Below, in pieces: positions 18,074-30,600 of a DNA stretch of 39,508 nucleotides. The position numbers and the translations under genes were made by a program. Each line of letters opens with the position of its first letter. Position 1 is the stretch's first letter. The notes under the pieces were generated by a model, which was given only the letters and a program-made list of their open reading frames with translations, was not told where the DNA came from and did no database searches. This stretch comes from a virus (lineage: Duplodnaviria; Caudoviricetes), in IMG/VR virus record IMGVR_UViG_3300017913_001954, positions 1 through 39,508 of that record; one strand, written 5' to 3'.

Positions 18074-21000
18074 ATGGCACAATTTAAACTAGACAGATTT
18101 ACTTACTCATACGCCGGAGATTGGGCGGAGAGTACTGCCTATAAGTTAGATGACATTGTTACAGTAGACGGTAACGTTTATTTCTGTACCAAAGCACACA
18201 CATCAAACGCAGATTTTTACTTTGACTTCCTATATGATTTTACATACCCTGCACCATACAGTGCATCAGATAATATCAACGATGCTTTTGATTTTAGTGC
18301 TGAAGTAGGAGGACAAAATAATACTGTTGATGGTACTGGTTTAGATTTTACTGTTACACGTTCTGGAAAACAATATACAGTTGCAATTAAAACCAACGGT
18401 GGCGGTAGAAACTATGTACAAGCAGAAACACTAGTTGTGCCTGGTGACCAACTAGGTGGTGTCAGAGGAACCAACGATGCTACTGTTACTATTGCAACAG
18501 TTGATAATGTAGACAGCGGTGGTGTGATCATTCCAGGTGTTGTACAAAGTTTGACTGTAACAGGTACACCTGCAGAAACAAAATGGGAATTACTAAGTGA
18601 TGGTTTAAGTTGGAGAGGTGCTTGGACTGCAAGTACAGGAACGCCAGGCGAAAATGATTATGTTGCATCTAGATATTACATTAATGATTTAGTTAGTAAA
18701 GCAGGACAGGTATGGAAGTGTGTACAAGGACACATAGCAACAACTGATGCTGTATTTGGATTAGAAGATAACATTAGATATTGGACTCTACTTTCAAAAG
18801 GTAGTAACTGGCGCGGCGACTGGGAAGGCTTTACAGATTATGTGCCAGGTGATGTTGTGCGTTACGGTGGTAACACATGGCGTTGTGAATTAAAACACAC
18901 ATCTGGAACCAATGCCCAAGGATTAGATTACAACGCAAGTAGTTGGGTGGCTGTTAGAAAAGGTGATGCTTTTGTTGACGCATGGGCTACAACGACAAAT
19001 TACAAAGTTAATGATGTTGTAAGATACGGTGCTTATGTTTATCGTTGTACAGTAGCACACACATCAGCAGGAACTTTTGCTGATGGATTAGAAGATGATA
19101 TTTCAAGTTGGGAAATTGTTCTTACTGGTGTAGACTGGAGAGGTACATGGCAGTTTAACACAAAATATACACTAGGTGACTTGGTAAGATACAGTCAAAA
19201 TGTTTATCGTTGTGTGCAGACACATACAACACCACAAACTGATGATTCAAGCGTTGAAGATTTCAATACATTATACTGGGAAGTTTATGTAACGGGTTTA
19301 GCCGCAGAAGGCGAATGGGACACTGATGAAGAATATCAACCTGGTGATATTGTTCAATATGGTGGATATTCTTACTACGCAAAAACATTTAACTCTGCAA
19401 AAACTCCGTCAATTAACAGTTCAGACTGGGAAGTATTAAGTGAATGGTACAGTTACAAAGGCGCATGGAGCACAGCAGAATCATATAAAGTAGGTGAAGT
19501 TGTTAGCAATAATGGTTTCTTGTATTGGTGTACAACAGACAACAATGCCGCAAGACCAGATTCAGGAGATAACACAGGCTACTACAACATTGAAGTAGTC
19601 AACAACAAGTATGTTTGGAATGGCACTGAAACTCCAGATTTAACTTTCCTTAGAGGCAATACATACACTATTGATCAAAGCAGAACCAGCAACGACAGTA
19701 GACCTATGTATGTTGCTACACACAAAGATGGTTTGCAAAGTTCATCAGAAGACGGTGCAGAACTAGCAAAAGGTGTAAGTGTTACATATCTATTAGATGA
19801 CGAAGATGTCAAAACACTAGAAGCATATGACTCAGGATTTAACAGTGCAGGTGCAAGAAGAATAATTGTTAAAATTGAACCTGATTGTACAGATACATTC
19901 TACTTTGCAGATTATAACAATGCAGGCACTAATGGTGATGCAGATGTAAGTGTAACAGGTAGTGCAAACTGGGACGTATTAATGCCTGGTGTCAGTTATA
20001 GAGGCACATGGGACGACGTTGCTCCGGACTCTACTACCACAGAATATCAATTAGGTGATATTGTAATCTGGGCAGGTACTGCATATAGATGTATAAAAAG
20101 ACACAGTGCATTAGTTGTAGGATCAAGACCGGATAATGATGTCAAAAAAGATGTGCCAGAGTATTGGGTTTTATATGTACAAGGTAAGAAAACAAATGCA
20201 CTAGCACGTAAAGGTGATATAAAAAGTTTCCAAGCAGATAGTAATATTAGAATACCTGTAGGTGATGCTGGTACTGTTTTAAAAGCATTAGAACAAACTA
20301 TTGAAGATAGTACAAATACACGCGGACCACAATGGCAGTTGTTTAACGAAGTTGATAATGTATTCTATGTTGCACTAGATGGTATTGATGCCGCTGACAG
20401 AGGTAAAACTGAAACCAATGCATTTAGAACAATCAAGTATGCTTGTGATCATATTCAAGCAAATATTTCAACACTGAGTCCTGCAACAATTTTTGTAGGC
20501 ACAGGTGAATACAAAGAACAACTTCCAATTAAGGTTCCAAAAGATGTTGCTATTGTTGGACAAGAATTACGTAGCACAGTAATTAGTCCGCAGGCAGGTG
20601 ACGAAGATACTGACATGTTCCATGTAAAAAATGGTTGTGGAATTAGAAACTGTACGCTAAAAGGACTAGTAGGTACGCTAGGAAACGCAAATGCTTACGG
20701 AACTAGAAGACCAGAAAACGGTGGACCGAGTTTTGTAAGTTTAGATCCAGGCAGTGGACCTAGTGATTCAGATGTATGGGTAAACACAAAATCAACCTAT
20801 GTACAAAATGTTACAACGTTTGGTACCGGTTGTGTTGGAATGAAGATTGACGGCGGCCTGCACGATGGCGGTAATAAATCTATTGTTGCCAATGACTTTA
20901 CACAGGTAATCAGTGGAGGTATTGGTGTTTGGGTATTAGGCGGCGGTAGATCAGAACTTGTTTCTGTGTTTACATACTACAACCACATTGGTTACCTAAG

Positions 21001-24000
21001 TGAAACAGGCGGAAAAATTCGTGCTACTAACGGTAACAATTCATATGGTGATTTTGGATCAGTTGCTGAAGGATATGATTTGCTTGAAACACCGATCGAA
21101 GCAGATGTAAACAACAGATCAGGCGAAGCAACTGTAAAAGAGATTTTAACTGATCTTGATAATGAAATTTACTTCTTAGGTTATGACCATGCAGGTCAAG
21201 ATTATACCAGTGCAAGTGTTAAGGCAGTGTCAGGTACAGGTTCTGGACTACAAACAGAATTTTTAGAATTTAGAAATAATGCACTTTCAACTGCAAGAAT
21301 TTTAGATCCAGGTGACTCAACAACAGCAGGCGGCTTAGGATATGAAGTTATTCAAGGTAATGCACAAAGCGGTGATGCAACTGGATTGTTCCTAGATCAA
21401 ACTACTACAATTGAAGATAGTTCGGGTGTGTTAGATGGAAAACGTATTTTCATTTATCAAGGACAAGGTAAAGGACAGTTTGGATACGTTGATAGTTATG
21501 ACCCGTCAACTTATCGTTGTGAAGTAAAACGTGAAAGTGATGATCAGCCGGGCTGGGATCATTTTATTGTTGGTACACCTATTCGAAGTGCATTTGATGA
21601 AACAGCAGGATATCAAATTGAACCAAGGGTACAATTCCAAAAACCACCTTATGTGCAAGAAGCAATAAACCTACAAACCACACTTGATTACAAAAGCATT
21701 GCTTGGGGTAATGGAAAATTTGTCGCTGTAGCACAAAGTGAATTCGGTCAAGCAACAACGGATCAATTTGTTTACAGTACAGACGGAACAAGTTGGACCA
21801 ACGCTACATTTGACGGTAGCAACATGCCGCAACAAACAGGCGCATGGACATGGGACGATGTTGTATATGGCGGCGGCAAATGGGTAGCAGTAGCAAAACA
21901 AGGTGTTGTTGCGGTATCCAATGATGGTATTACATGGACATTATCAGAACTAGGTGAAGATAGTAGTGGTGTTACTAGAAGACAGGTACGTTATGGTGAA
22001 AATGAAATTAGAACACAGACTTTTGTTGTAACAACATCACAGTATGGTAGTAATAAAGTTTATCACTTTGATCTAGCATCTAACACCGCACCTGATATTA
22101 CACTAACTGCTGATAGTAAATTTATTTTCAATCAAAATGATGCAAGTAACGCAGGTTCACCGATCTATCTAAGTTCAACACCAGACGGTATTGGCGGTGG
22201 CGGTGACGCATGGACACAAGGTGTAAAATATTATTTAGATAATGTAGAACAAGATGACTTAGCCGCGTATGCCGCAGGATTTGATGATGCAAACACTAGA
22301 AGAGTAGAAATTACTGTTCCAGCAGATCTTGTAGGCACAGACTTTTATTACGTAAACTACAACGAACAAGGAAGTAATATTAGAACAGATAGTACCTATG
22401 CAAAAGTGATTGTAAATGGTAGAAAAGAATTTGTTATTACAGGCGAAGGCACTACACAATATTATCAAAGTTTAGATCTTGGTGCAACATGGACAACTAA
22501 AACATTGCCGAGTGCAGAAAGTTATGGCGGTGGTGTAAGAGCATTAGAATATGGCGCAGGACGTTTTGTTGCAGTTACACAAGACTTTGATAGTTCGGTA
22601 ACACGTATGTACATTAAACGCTCTGGTGCAGAACAGTTTGACGAAAAGTTTGTTTCGGGCCCGGACATGAGTAACTTTAATGACATGGTATTTGGTAATA
22701 ATATTTTCCTTGCTACTAAATCAGGTAGTGACAGTGTATTCATTAACAATAGCCAAGGCGAAGGTGAATGGTATGAGTGGACTGGTAGATTACCTACAAC
22801 AGGTGATTGGAAATTAGGTTACGGTCAAGGTATATACTATGCATTCAAGCCTAACACAACAGAACTAGCAATCAGTGAAGATGGCATGATCTGGGAAGCA
22901 AAAACTTTACCTGATTCAAGAGCGTGGACAGACATTGCAGTTGGTACTCCAACAGGTGGTGTTGCCACGGTGCTTGTTGCAAGTGGAAATCCACTTCAAG
23001 GTTCAGGTGAGCCTAATGGTATGCGTATCCAAGCAGGAAGAAGACCTTTCGGTAGAGCAAAGATTTCAAACAAAAGACTTGATAGCATTTTAATTTATGA
23101 TTCAGGTAGTAATTATACATCATCACTCGGTACTGTGGAAGAACAAACAACATACACGGTTACTGTTGGTAGAAACACAGCAGATGATGCTAACGTTTAC
23201 TACATCGACGGAGTAGAAAATCCACAACTTAACTTTACAGAAGGTAAAGTTTATGTATTCAATTTAAATGATGCTTCACTAGGTGAATATCCTGAAGATG
23301 GTGACCCTCATCCATTTGGTTTCAGCACTACAGGACTGAATGGACCTATCAATTATCAAAAGAATGTGATTTATAAACTAGGCGGTCAACGTAAGAGTTA
23401 TGCAGATTACATTGCAGGCTTTGAAGAAGCAACTGAAAGATCGATAACAATCCATGTTCCTTTTGATGCACCTACTACACTATATTATGTTTGTAACTTA
23501 CATAATGGTATGGGAAATCAAATTAATATTTCAGAAACAACAGATCTAGCAGTAACTATTACAGATCCGTTAGTAAGTGCATTACCTAACCTTAAATTAA
23601 GATTAGCAGACGGTGTTCTTACACAGCCAAGTTATATTAACAGAGGTACAAAATTTAGAAGTGCAACAGCAACACTAGAAGGAACAGGTTTAGCAGATAG
23701 ATTCCAACTAGGCAAAAATATTAAAGTAACAGGACTTACAAGAGAACCAGGGCCAGGTGCTAACCTTACATTTGCAAGTATTCGCTATAGAAACTATCTT
23801 GTTACAAAAGTTTCAGACGTAACCGGTACAGCACCAAACTTATCTGCGACACTACAAGTTAGTCCGCCAATTGGTAGAGATGAATCACCTCCACATGGCG
23901 ATGATATAACAATTCGTGAAGATTACAGTCAGGTTCGTTTAACATTCCATGACTTCCTAGACATTGGTACTGGTAACAAAAATAGCACACGTTATCCTAT

Positions 24001-24607
24001 TAGATATTTAGAAGGATTTGTTGAAGGCGCAGATAACAGCACTCAGCCTGATCAAGAAACAGACTTTAGTGATAGTGGTAGAGTGTTTTACTCGTCAACA
24101 GACCAAGATGGTAACTTTAGAGTAGGTGAATTATTTGAAGTTGAACAAGCAAGTGGTATTGTTACAATCAACGCTGATCAGTTTGATTTGTCAGGACTTT
24201 CTGAAATTTCACTAGGTGGTGTTACATTAGGTGGCACGGGTGCTGTTATTAGAGAGTTTTCAATTGATCCGCTGTTTACAGCAAACAGTAATACAGTTAT
24301 ACCGACGCAAAAGGCTATTGCGGCATACGTAAGATCACGTATTACAGGTGGTGGTTCTACTGTCAACGTTAACAAGGTTACAGCAGGTGTTATTACCACA
24401 GGTGATAGCGGTCAAGCAATGGAAACAACTGATGGTAGTGTAATTGAAATGAAAACAAAAATGACGTTTGAAGGCGGTGTAGACGGGAATATGGCGGCCT
24501 GGGCGTTTTTTGGCTCAGGAACGCATATTGCTATTGCTGACGATATGGGCGGTACTGAAGAAGCGGCACAATTTGGAGATCCCGTGTATAATGGGGAAGA
24601 CCAATAA
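18074..24607 (+). CDS. Giant multidomain virion fibre/spike protein A (2177 aa)
   Basis: Eight W..Y..GD.V.YG..Y.C...HT repeats (CBM5/12 ChtBD3-like), a beta-helix-like core, Asp-box-like S-DG-TW propeller repeats, three cupredoxin-like inserts, and a C-terminal domain shared with 24639..31148. Confidence 0.8.
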   Translation: MAQFKLDRFTYSYAGDWAESTAYKLDDIVTVDGNVYFCTKAHTSNADFYFDFLYDFTYPAPYSASDNINDAFDFSAEVGGQNNTVDGTGLDFTVTRSGKQYTVAIKTNGGGRNYVQAETLVVPGDQLGGVRGTNDATVTIATVDNVDSGGVIIPGVVQSLTVTGTPAETKWELLSDGLSWRGAWTASTGTPGENDYVASRYYINDLVSKAGQVWKCVQGHIATTDAVFGLEDNIRYWTLLSKGSNWRGDWEGFTDYVPGDVVRYGGNTWRCELKHTSGTNAQGLDYNASSWVAVRKGDAFVDAWATTTNYKVNDVVRYGAYVYRCTVAHTSAGTFADGLEDDISSWEIVLTGVDWRGTWQFNTKYTLGDLVRYSQNVYRCVQTHTTPQTDDSSVEDFNTLYWEVYVTGLAAEGEWDTDEEYQPGDIVQYGGYSYYAKTFNSAKTPSINSSDWEVLSEWYSYKGAWSTAESYKVGEVVSNNGFLYWCTTDNNAARPDSGDNTGYYNIEVVNNKYVWNGTETPDLTFLRGNTYTIDQSRTSNDSRPMYVATHKDGLQSSSEDGAELAKGVSVTYLLDDEDVKTLEAYDSGFNSAGARRIIVKIEPDCTDTFYFADYNNAGTNGDADVSVTGSANWDVLMPGVSYRGTWDDVAPDSTTTEYQLGDIVIWAGTAYRCIKRHSALVVGSRPDNDVKKDVPEYWVLYVQGKKTNALARKGDIKSFQADSNIRIPVGDAGTVLKALEQTIEDSTNTRGPQWQLFNEVDNVFYVALDGIDAADRGKTETNAFRTIKYACDHIQANISTLSPATIFVGTGEYKEQLPIKVPKDVAIVGQELRSTVISPQAGDEDTDMFHVKNGCGIRNCTLKGLVGTLGNANAYGTRRPENGGPSFVSLDPGSGPSDSDVWVNTKSTYVQNVTTFGTGCVGMKIDGGLHDGGNKSIVANDFTQVISGGIGVWVLGGGRSELVSVFTYYNHIGYLSETGGKIRATNGNNSYGDFGSVAEGYDLLETPIEADVNNRSGEATVKEILTDLDNEIYFLGYDHAGQDYTSASVKAVSGTGSGLQTEFLEFRNNALSTARILDPGDSTTAGGLGYEVIQGNAQSGDATGLFLDQTTTIEDSSGVLDGKRIFIYQGQGKGQFGYVDSYDPSTYRCEVKRESDDQPGWDHFIVGTPIRSAFDETAGYQIEPRVQFQKPPYVQEAINLQTTLDYKSIAWGNGKFVAVAQSEFGQATTDQFVYSTDGTSWTNATFDGSNMPQQTGAWTWDDVVYGGGKWVAVAKQGVVAVSNDGITWTLSELGEDSSGVTRRQVRYGENEIRTQTFVVTTSQYGSNKVYHFDLASNTAPDITLTADSKFIFNQNDASNAGSPIYLSSTPDGIGGGGDAWTQGVKYYLDNVEQDDLAAYAAGFDDANTRRVEITVPADLVGTDFYYVNYNEQGSNIRTDSTYAKVIVNGRKEFVITGEGTTQYYQSLDLGATWTTKTLPSAESYGGGVRALEYGAGRFVAVTQDFDSSVTRMYIKRSGAEQFDEKFVSGPDMSNFNDMVFGNNIFLATKSGSDSVFINNSQGEGEWYEWTGRLPTTGDWKLGYGQGIYYAFKPNTTELAISEDGMIWEAKTLPDSRAWTDIAVGTPTGGVATVLVASGNPLQGSGEPNGMRIQAGRRPFGRAKISNKRLDSILIYDSGSNYTSSLGTVEEQTTYTVTVGRNTADDANVYYIDGVENPQLNFTEGKVYVFNLNDASLGEYPEDGDPHPFGFSTTGLNGPINYQKNVIYKLGGQRKSYADYIAGFEEATERSITIHVPFDAPTTLYYVCNLHNGMGNQINISETTDLAVTITDPLVSALPNLKLRLADGVLTQPSYINRGTKFRSATATLEGTGLADRFQLGKNIKVTGLTREPGPGANLTFASIRYRNYLVTKVSDVTGTAPNLSATLQVSPPIGRDESPPHGDDITIREDYSQVRLTFHDFLDIGTGNKNSTRYPIRYLEGFVEGADNSTQPDQETDFSDSGRVFYSSTDQDGNFRVGELFEVEQASGIVTINADQFDLSGLSEISLGGVTLGGTGAVIREFSIDPLFTANSNTVIPTQKAIAAYVRSRITGGGSTVNVNKVTAGVITTGDSGQAMETTDGSVIEMKTKMTFEGGVDGNMAAWAFFGSGTHIAIADDMGGTEEAAQFGDPVYNGEDQ

Positions 24608-24611
24608 ATGG

Positions 24612-24617
24612 TAAATA
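24612..24617 (+). promoter_or_regulatory. Late-promoter-like TAAATA
   Basis: GGTAAATA between the two giant genes; SD GGAG follows. Confidence 0.5.
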
Positions 24618-24638
24618 CAATGGTAATTGGAGTAAACA

Positions 24639-27600
24639 ATGGCTGAATTTTTATTAGGTAGAATTAAATTTGTTTGGAAAGCAACTTGGACAGCGTCAAC
24701 TGCTTATGTTAAAGATGATGTCATTAAGTACGGCGGACAAACTTATATTTGTACTAATCCACACACATCTACATCAGACTTTTACACAGACGATTCTAAC
24801 TGGAATGTGTTTGCAGACGGTCAAGAATGGAAAGATGACTGGGCAGTAAGTACGTATTACAAGAAAAATGATATTGTAAAATACGGTGGTTACTTATATG
24901 TTGCTAACACTGCTCATACTTCAGCAGACACAATTACAAAAGGTCTAGAGTTTAATCAGTCAGACTGGGATCTTTATGCAGAATTCTTCAATTACAGAAA
25001 TGATTGGGAAGTAAGCACACGTTACAGAATTAATGATGTTGTAAAATATGGTGGTACAGAATATATTTGTATTGATGACCACACTTCTAATGGAACATAT
25101 TCAACAGACAGTGATGGTTTAGAATCTGATAACAACGGCAGAGTATTAACTGTTGACAGTATCTCACCCGCAGACACTGACAGAACACAGGGAACTTACA
25201 CAGCACTTGTTCCTACTGGAGGTTCAGGCTCAGGATTAGAAGTAACAATTGATGTTGACAACATTGGCGGTGTTGCAATTACAATTACTGATAACGGTAC
25301 AAACTATGTTGTTGGTGACACACTATCTATTCCAGATTCAAGTTTAGGTGGCGGTGGTGCCGCTGATGTTACATTCAACGTTGCAACAGTAGCAGATCGT
25401 TGGAATATTTTTGCAGAAGGTTTTGATTGGAAGAACAACTGGACAGCAGAAACACGTTACAGAAAAAATGATCTAGTACGCTACGGTGGACAATTATATC
25501 TTTGTATTACAGGACATAGATCAGGAACAACTAGTGAAGGCTTAGAAACAGACCAAGCCAAATGGCAGTATTTCCATAAAGGTACTGAATATAGAGGCGA
25601 TTGGACTAGTGGCACACGTTATAGAATTAATGATCTTGTTAAAAGTGGATCAAGTGTTTGGATTTGTACTACATATCACACAGCAACAAACAGTTTTAGA
25701 GCAGACCAAGCAAATTGGGAACAGTTTGTACCAGGCTTAGAATTTGAAGATAGTTGGGCTATTGGTACTGAATATCAAAAAGGTGACATTGTTACATACG
25801 GTGGTTACAGTTACATTGCTATCACAAACAATGTTGGTTATCCTCCATACAGTTCTACAAGTGAATGGAAATTATATCTAAAAGGATTTAACTTTGTAGG
25901 CGAATGGGGTGAAGACTCATCAACACAAGATTACTACGCAGGTGATGTAGTAAGATTAGGCGGGTACACATATTTGTGTATCAAAGATACTGTAGCAACA
26001 GAACAGAAGCCACCTAATGCTACATACTGGACACAGTTGAACGAAGGGTTCAATTGGACAGGTGACTGGGCTAATTTAACAGATTACAATTTAGGTGATA
26101 TTGTTTACTATGGTGTAAACAGTTATGTTTGTGTGTCAGCACACTCTGCGGACCAAGCCATTGCACGAAACAGACCAGATCAAGATACAGACGGTTCTGA
26201 ATGGAATTTAATGGCAGGCGGTAATGAGCAAAGTGCTTTAACCACAGACGGTGATCTTGTTATATACAGTGGATCAGGTCCTGCAAGATTACCAATTGGT
26301 ACAGAAGGACAAGTATTAACAGTAAGCACCGCAGGATTACCTGCTTGGCAATACTGGGGTAGACAAGATCATGTTTACTATGTTGGTCCAAATGGAAGTG
26401 ATACTGGTGATTATCCAAGTTACGGTGCAACACTAGATAGACCTTTTGCATCAGTGCGTAGAGCGGCAACTGCTATCGAACAAGGTGTTCTTAATCCAAA
26501 TGCTATTGATAATCTAAGATTAAATCGTCAGTTCATTCAGAGAGAAACAGTTGAATGGGTTGACTATCAAATAGCAAATAGTATTGCTCCATTTACATCT
26601 AGTTTCACTTACAACAAAGATAAGTGTTACAGAGATACAGGACATATGATTGATGCTATCATTTGGGATTTATCACATGGTGGTAACACAAGATCAAGAA
26701 ATGTTGCATTTACATATTTCACAAAAGCAGGCGCAAGTTATGTTGCAGGTCAAGAAGATGAAACTGTAGCGGCACTGAATTATGCTAAGTCATTAACAGA
26801 TGTGGTGCTAACAAAAGTAGATCCTGCAACAAACTATCAAACCGAAAACAGTTATACACCTGCTATTGCACAAATTAAAACTAGTGGCACTGAAGAAACA
26901 GGTGCACAAGCAATAATTAACAGTTTAATTAAAATTGTAACAGATGCAATTGAAGCAGGTGATACTGATGATATTCCTGCAGAAGAACAAGTACAAAAAA
27001 CAATTTTTGTTGCAACAGGTGAATACAAGGAAGTGCTACCAATTATTGTTCCAAAAAATACAGCAGTGGTTGGAGACGAATTACGTTCAACAAGAATTAA
27101 ACCAAGTTTAGATACAGACTACACACAGTCAAGCGATGTGGAATACAGTCTTGCTGGAATTACACACCTAAAGAGTATTATTGATGATATTATTACAGGA
27201 ACATCAATTACAAAGCAAACTGGTAACACAAGAACACAAAGTACAGCAGTGCCTGTAGGAACTGCAACAGAAGCATCACTTGCACAAGCAAAAGCAGATC
27301 ATTTAATTGACTCGATTACATATTGGACAGCAGACACACAAGACTCTACTGCTCCTGTTGTAGATGGTGGACAAACTAGTGTTAATATTAGTGATGTTGA
27401 TATCACAACAAATCCTAGTTTAGTAAGAATTACAACTGCTACTGCACACGGTTTACAAGATAGACAAGAAATACACATTACAAACGTTGGCGGTACTATT
27501 GAACTTAATAATAGAATTTACTATGCTGATGTTATTTCAACAACAACTTTTGATCTTTACGAAGATTACAAGATGACTGTTGGAGTAGATGGTACAGACT

Positions 27601-30600
27601 ACACTGCACATACTTCGGGTGGTACATTGAAGTTTGGTGGTAATGAAATTACTGCTGATCAAGATATTCATAATGCGGCAAGACAGTTATATCTTAACAA
27701 AGAATTTTTAGTTGATGATGTAGTTGAATATATTAACAACACATATCCAAGTTATACCTACAGCGAAGAAAAATGTAAGCGTGATACACGTGAATACATT
27801 GAAGGATTTATTTACGATCTAATGTATGGCGGTAACTATAGAACACATTACAATGCTAAATGGTATTCAAACAGTGTTTTAGGTTCAGTAACTGAAGATA
27901 TGTTCTACATGCGTAACGGTAGTGGACTAAGAAACTGTTCACTTAACGGACTAACAGGAGTGCTTGGAACTGCTAACAGTTACGGCACTAAGCGTCCAAC
28001 AGCAGGTGCATTTACTTCACTTGATCCAGGTTGGGGACCAGCAGACGGTAATGCTTGGATTACAACAAAATCACCATACATACAAAATGTATCAAACTTT
28101 GGTACAGCGGCTGTTGGATTAAAAGTTGATGGTAGTTTACACGACTCTGGTAACGATTCGATTGTTGCAAACGATTATACACAGATTATTTCCGATGGTA
28201 TTGGTTGTTGGATCACAAACTTAGGTAGATCAGAACTGGTATCAGTATTCTCATACTATGGACACATTGGTTATCTTGCAGAAAATGGCGGTAAGATACG
28301 TGCTACAAACGGTAACTCATCTTATGGTACATTTGGTTGTGTTGCTGAAGGTGTTGATGCAACTGAAATTCCAATTAGTGGCACAGTAAACAACAGATAC
28401 AGCGAAGCACTTGTTGATAGTGTGCTGACTGACCAAGTAAAAGTGATGAGATTGTTCTTTAAGAACGCAGGTATTAACTACGAAGGAACAAGCACGTTTA
28501 CAATCACAGGCGACGGTGCAGGAGTACAATCAATTGGTGATGAAGTAAGAGATCAAGCAGTGTTTGATGTAAGACTATTAAACACTGATGTTGACTCAGA
28601 CGGCGAAGGCGACTTTGGTGGTAAAGATTACGGCTTTGCTGAAAACACAGCACAAAGTGGTGACACTATAAAAATTAGAATTTCTAACACAGATACTGCA
28701 AACACAGGCGACTACAACGGAATGAGGATTTTCCTAACAAGTGGTTTAGGTGTAGGACAGTACGGATACATTGGTTCTTATAATGCTGGTAACAAAGATG
28801 CAACTGTTTATAGAGAATCAGATGATGAGCCAGGTTGGGATCATATCATTCCAGGAACAACTATCAGCGAATTGTTAGATGGAACTACAAAATATATTAT
28901 TGAACCTAGAATTGATATTGCTGAACCACCTTACAGCAGTGCTTCACAAAGTTATGGTGGAGCAATTCAATCACAGCGTAACGCTCTAGCATACGGTAAT
29001 GATAGATTTATCATGGTTGGTACAAGTACAAATGCTACAAGATTTGCAACTGATCCAACTAGTTGGGCCGCAGGTGGTAACTTATCACAGAGTGGAACAT
29101 GGACTGCACTTTCATATGGAGCAGGTGATGACTCTGTATATACTTGGGTATGTGCAAATCAAGGTACAAACGTATTAAATTACTCTAGAGATGATGGTGC
29201 AAGTTGGACAGCAGGTACACTACCTTCAACAAGTGATTGGACATCAAGCGTATATGGTGATGACAAATTTGTAATGGTTGCGTCAAATACAACAGCGGCG
29301 GCTTACAGTTCGGACGGTGATACATGGACAGCAACTACATTACCTAGTTCACAAAACTGGAAAAAAGTAATTTATGGGTTTGATCAATTTATTGCTATCG
29401 GCGATACAGCAACTTTCGCACAGTCAAGCGACGGTATTACTTGGAATTCAAAAGCATTCCCGGCATTTACTGATACAAATACAAATGTAAAAGATATTAC
29501 TTGGGGTAACGGACGTTACGTAATGATCGGTGACAAAGGAACACAAGGCTTTGCAAGTTTTGACGGTAATACATGGTTTGAGATTACAGTTGATTCAACA
29601 GCAGACAGTTCAATTGGCGGCGGTGACGCATTTATTGAATACGGACATGGCGCTTTTGTTTGGTTCTCAAGCACCAATGGACAAATTAAAGCAGTCGATA
29701 ATATCGGAGCCGCAGATGCACTTAGAAGCCAAGGCACTTATCAAATTGGTGCAAGTGATTATACTACATCAGCATCAGGTAATGATGCAACGTTTACAGT
29801 TGTTGTAGATGAAACAGGCGCGGCAACGGTTACTATCAAAACTGAAGGTAAACAATTTGCTGACGGAGAAACTATTACTATTACTGATGCCAACCTAGGT
29901 GGTGGCGGAGCCGCTGATCTAACTTTTGATGTTGACGGTATTAGAACTACAGAACAAGCGGCAGTATCAAATGATGGTGTTAACTGGAGAGCAAAAACAA
30001 ATGGTGTAACAAATGGTGTGTATTCAGCGTTTGCGTTTGGTAATCCAGAACATAGACCAACATGGTTTGCACTACAAAGCGGTTCAGGAACTGGTGCATT
30101 AACAAGAGCAGGAGCAAAAGCCTTTGTAAGAGCGGTTGTTGCTACAGGAAAAATTGCAAGATTTATTATTGGTGAAACAGGTTCAGGATACAGTACAACA
30201 CCAACACTGACAATTACAGATCCAAATAACACTATCGAAGCACCATTCCAAGTAAGAGTTGGAGACGGCGCATTAGGTAACCCAACTATACTTGCTGGCG
30301 GTACTGGTTATGAAACTGCAAGTGCAACAGTAAGTGGTTCAGGAACTATTGATGCTTTCCAAACAGGAAAAAATATTTTTGTTCAAGGATTAAGTGATAC
30401 ACCTAAAGCAGGTAGTAACGTTGAGTTTAACAACCTACCAGGCAAGTACTATAAGTTGGTTACAGTTAGAGAATTGACAGGAACTGCACCAAATATTAGT
30501 GCAAAACTACAAGTATCACCAGACATTCCAGTAGATACTGCTCCTCCACATGAGGATGATACAACATTAAGATTAAGATATTCACAGGTTCGTCTAACAG

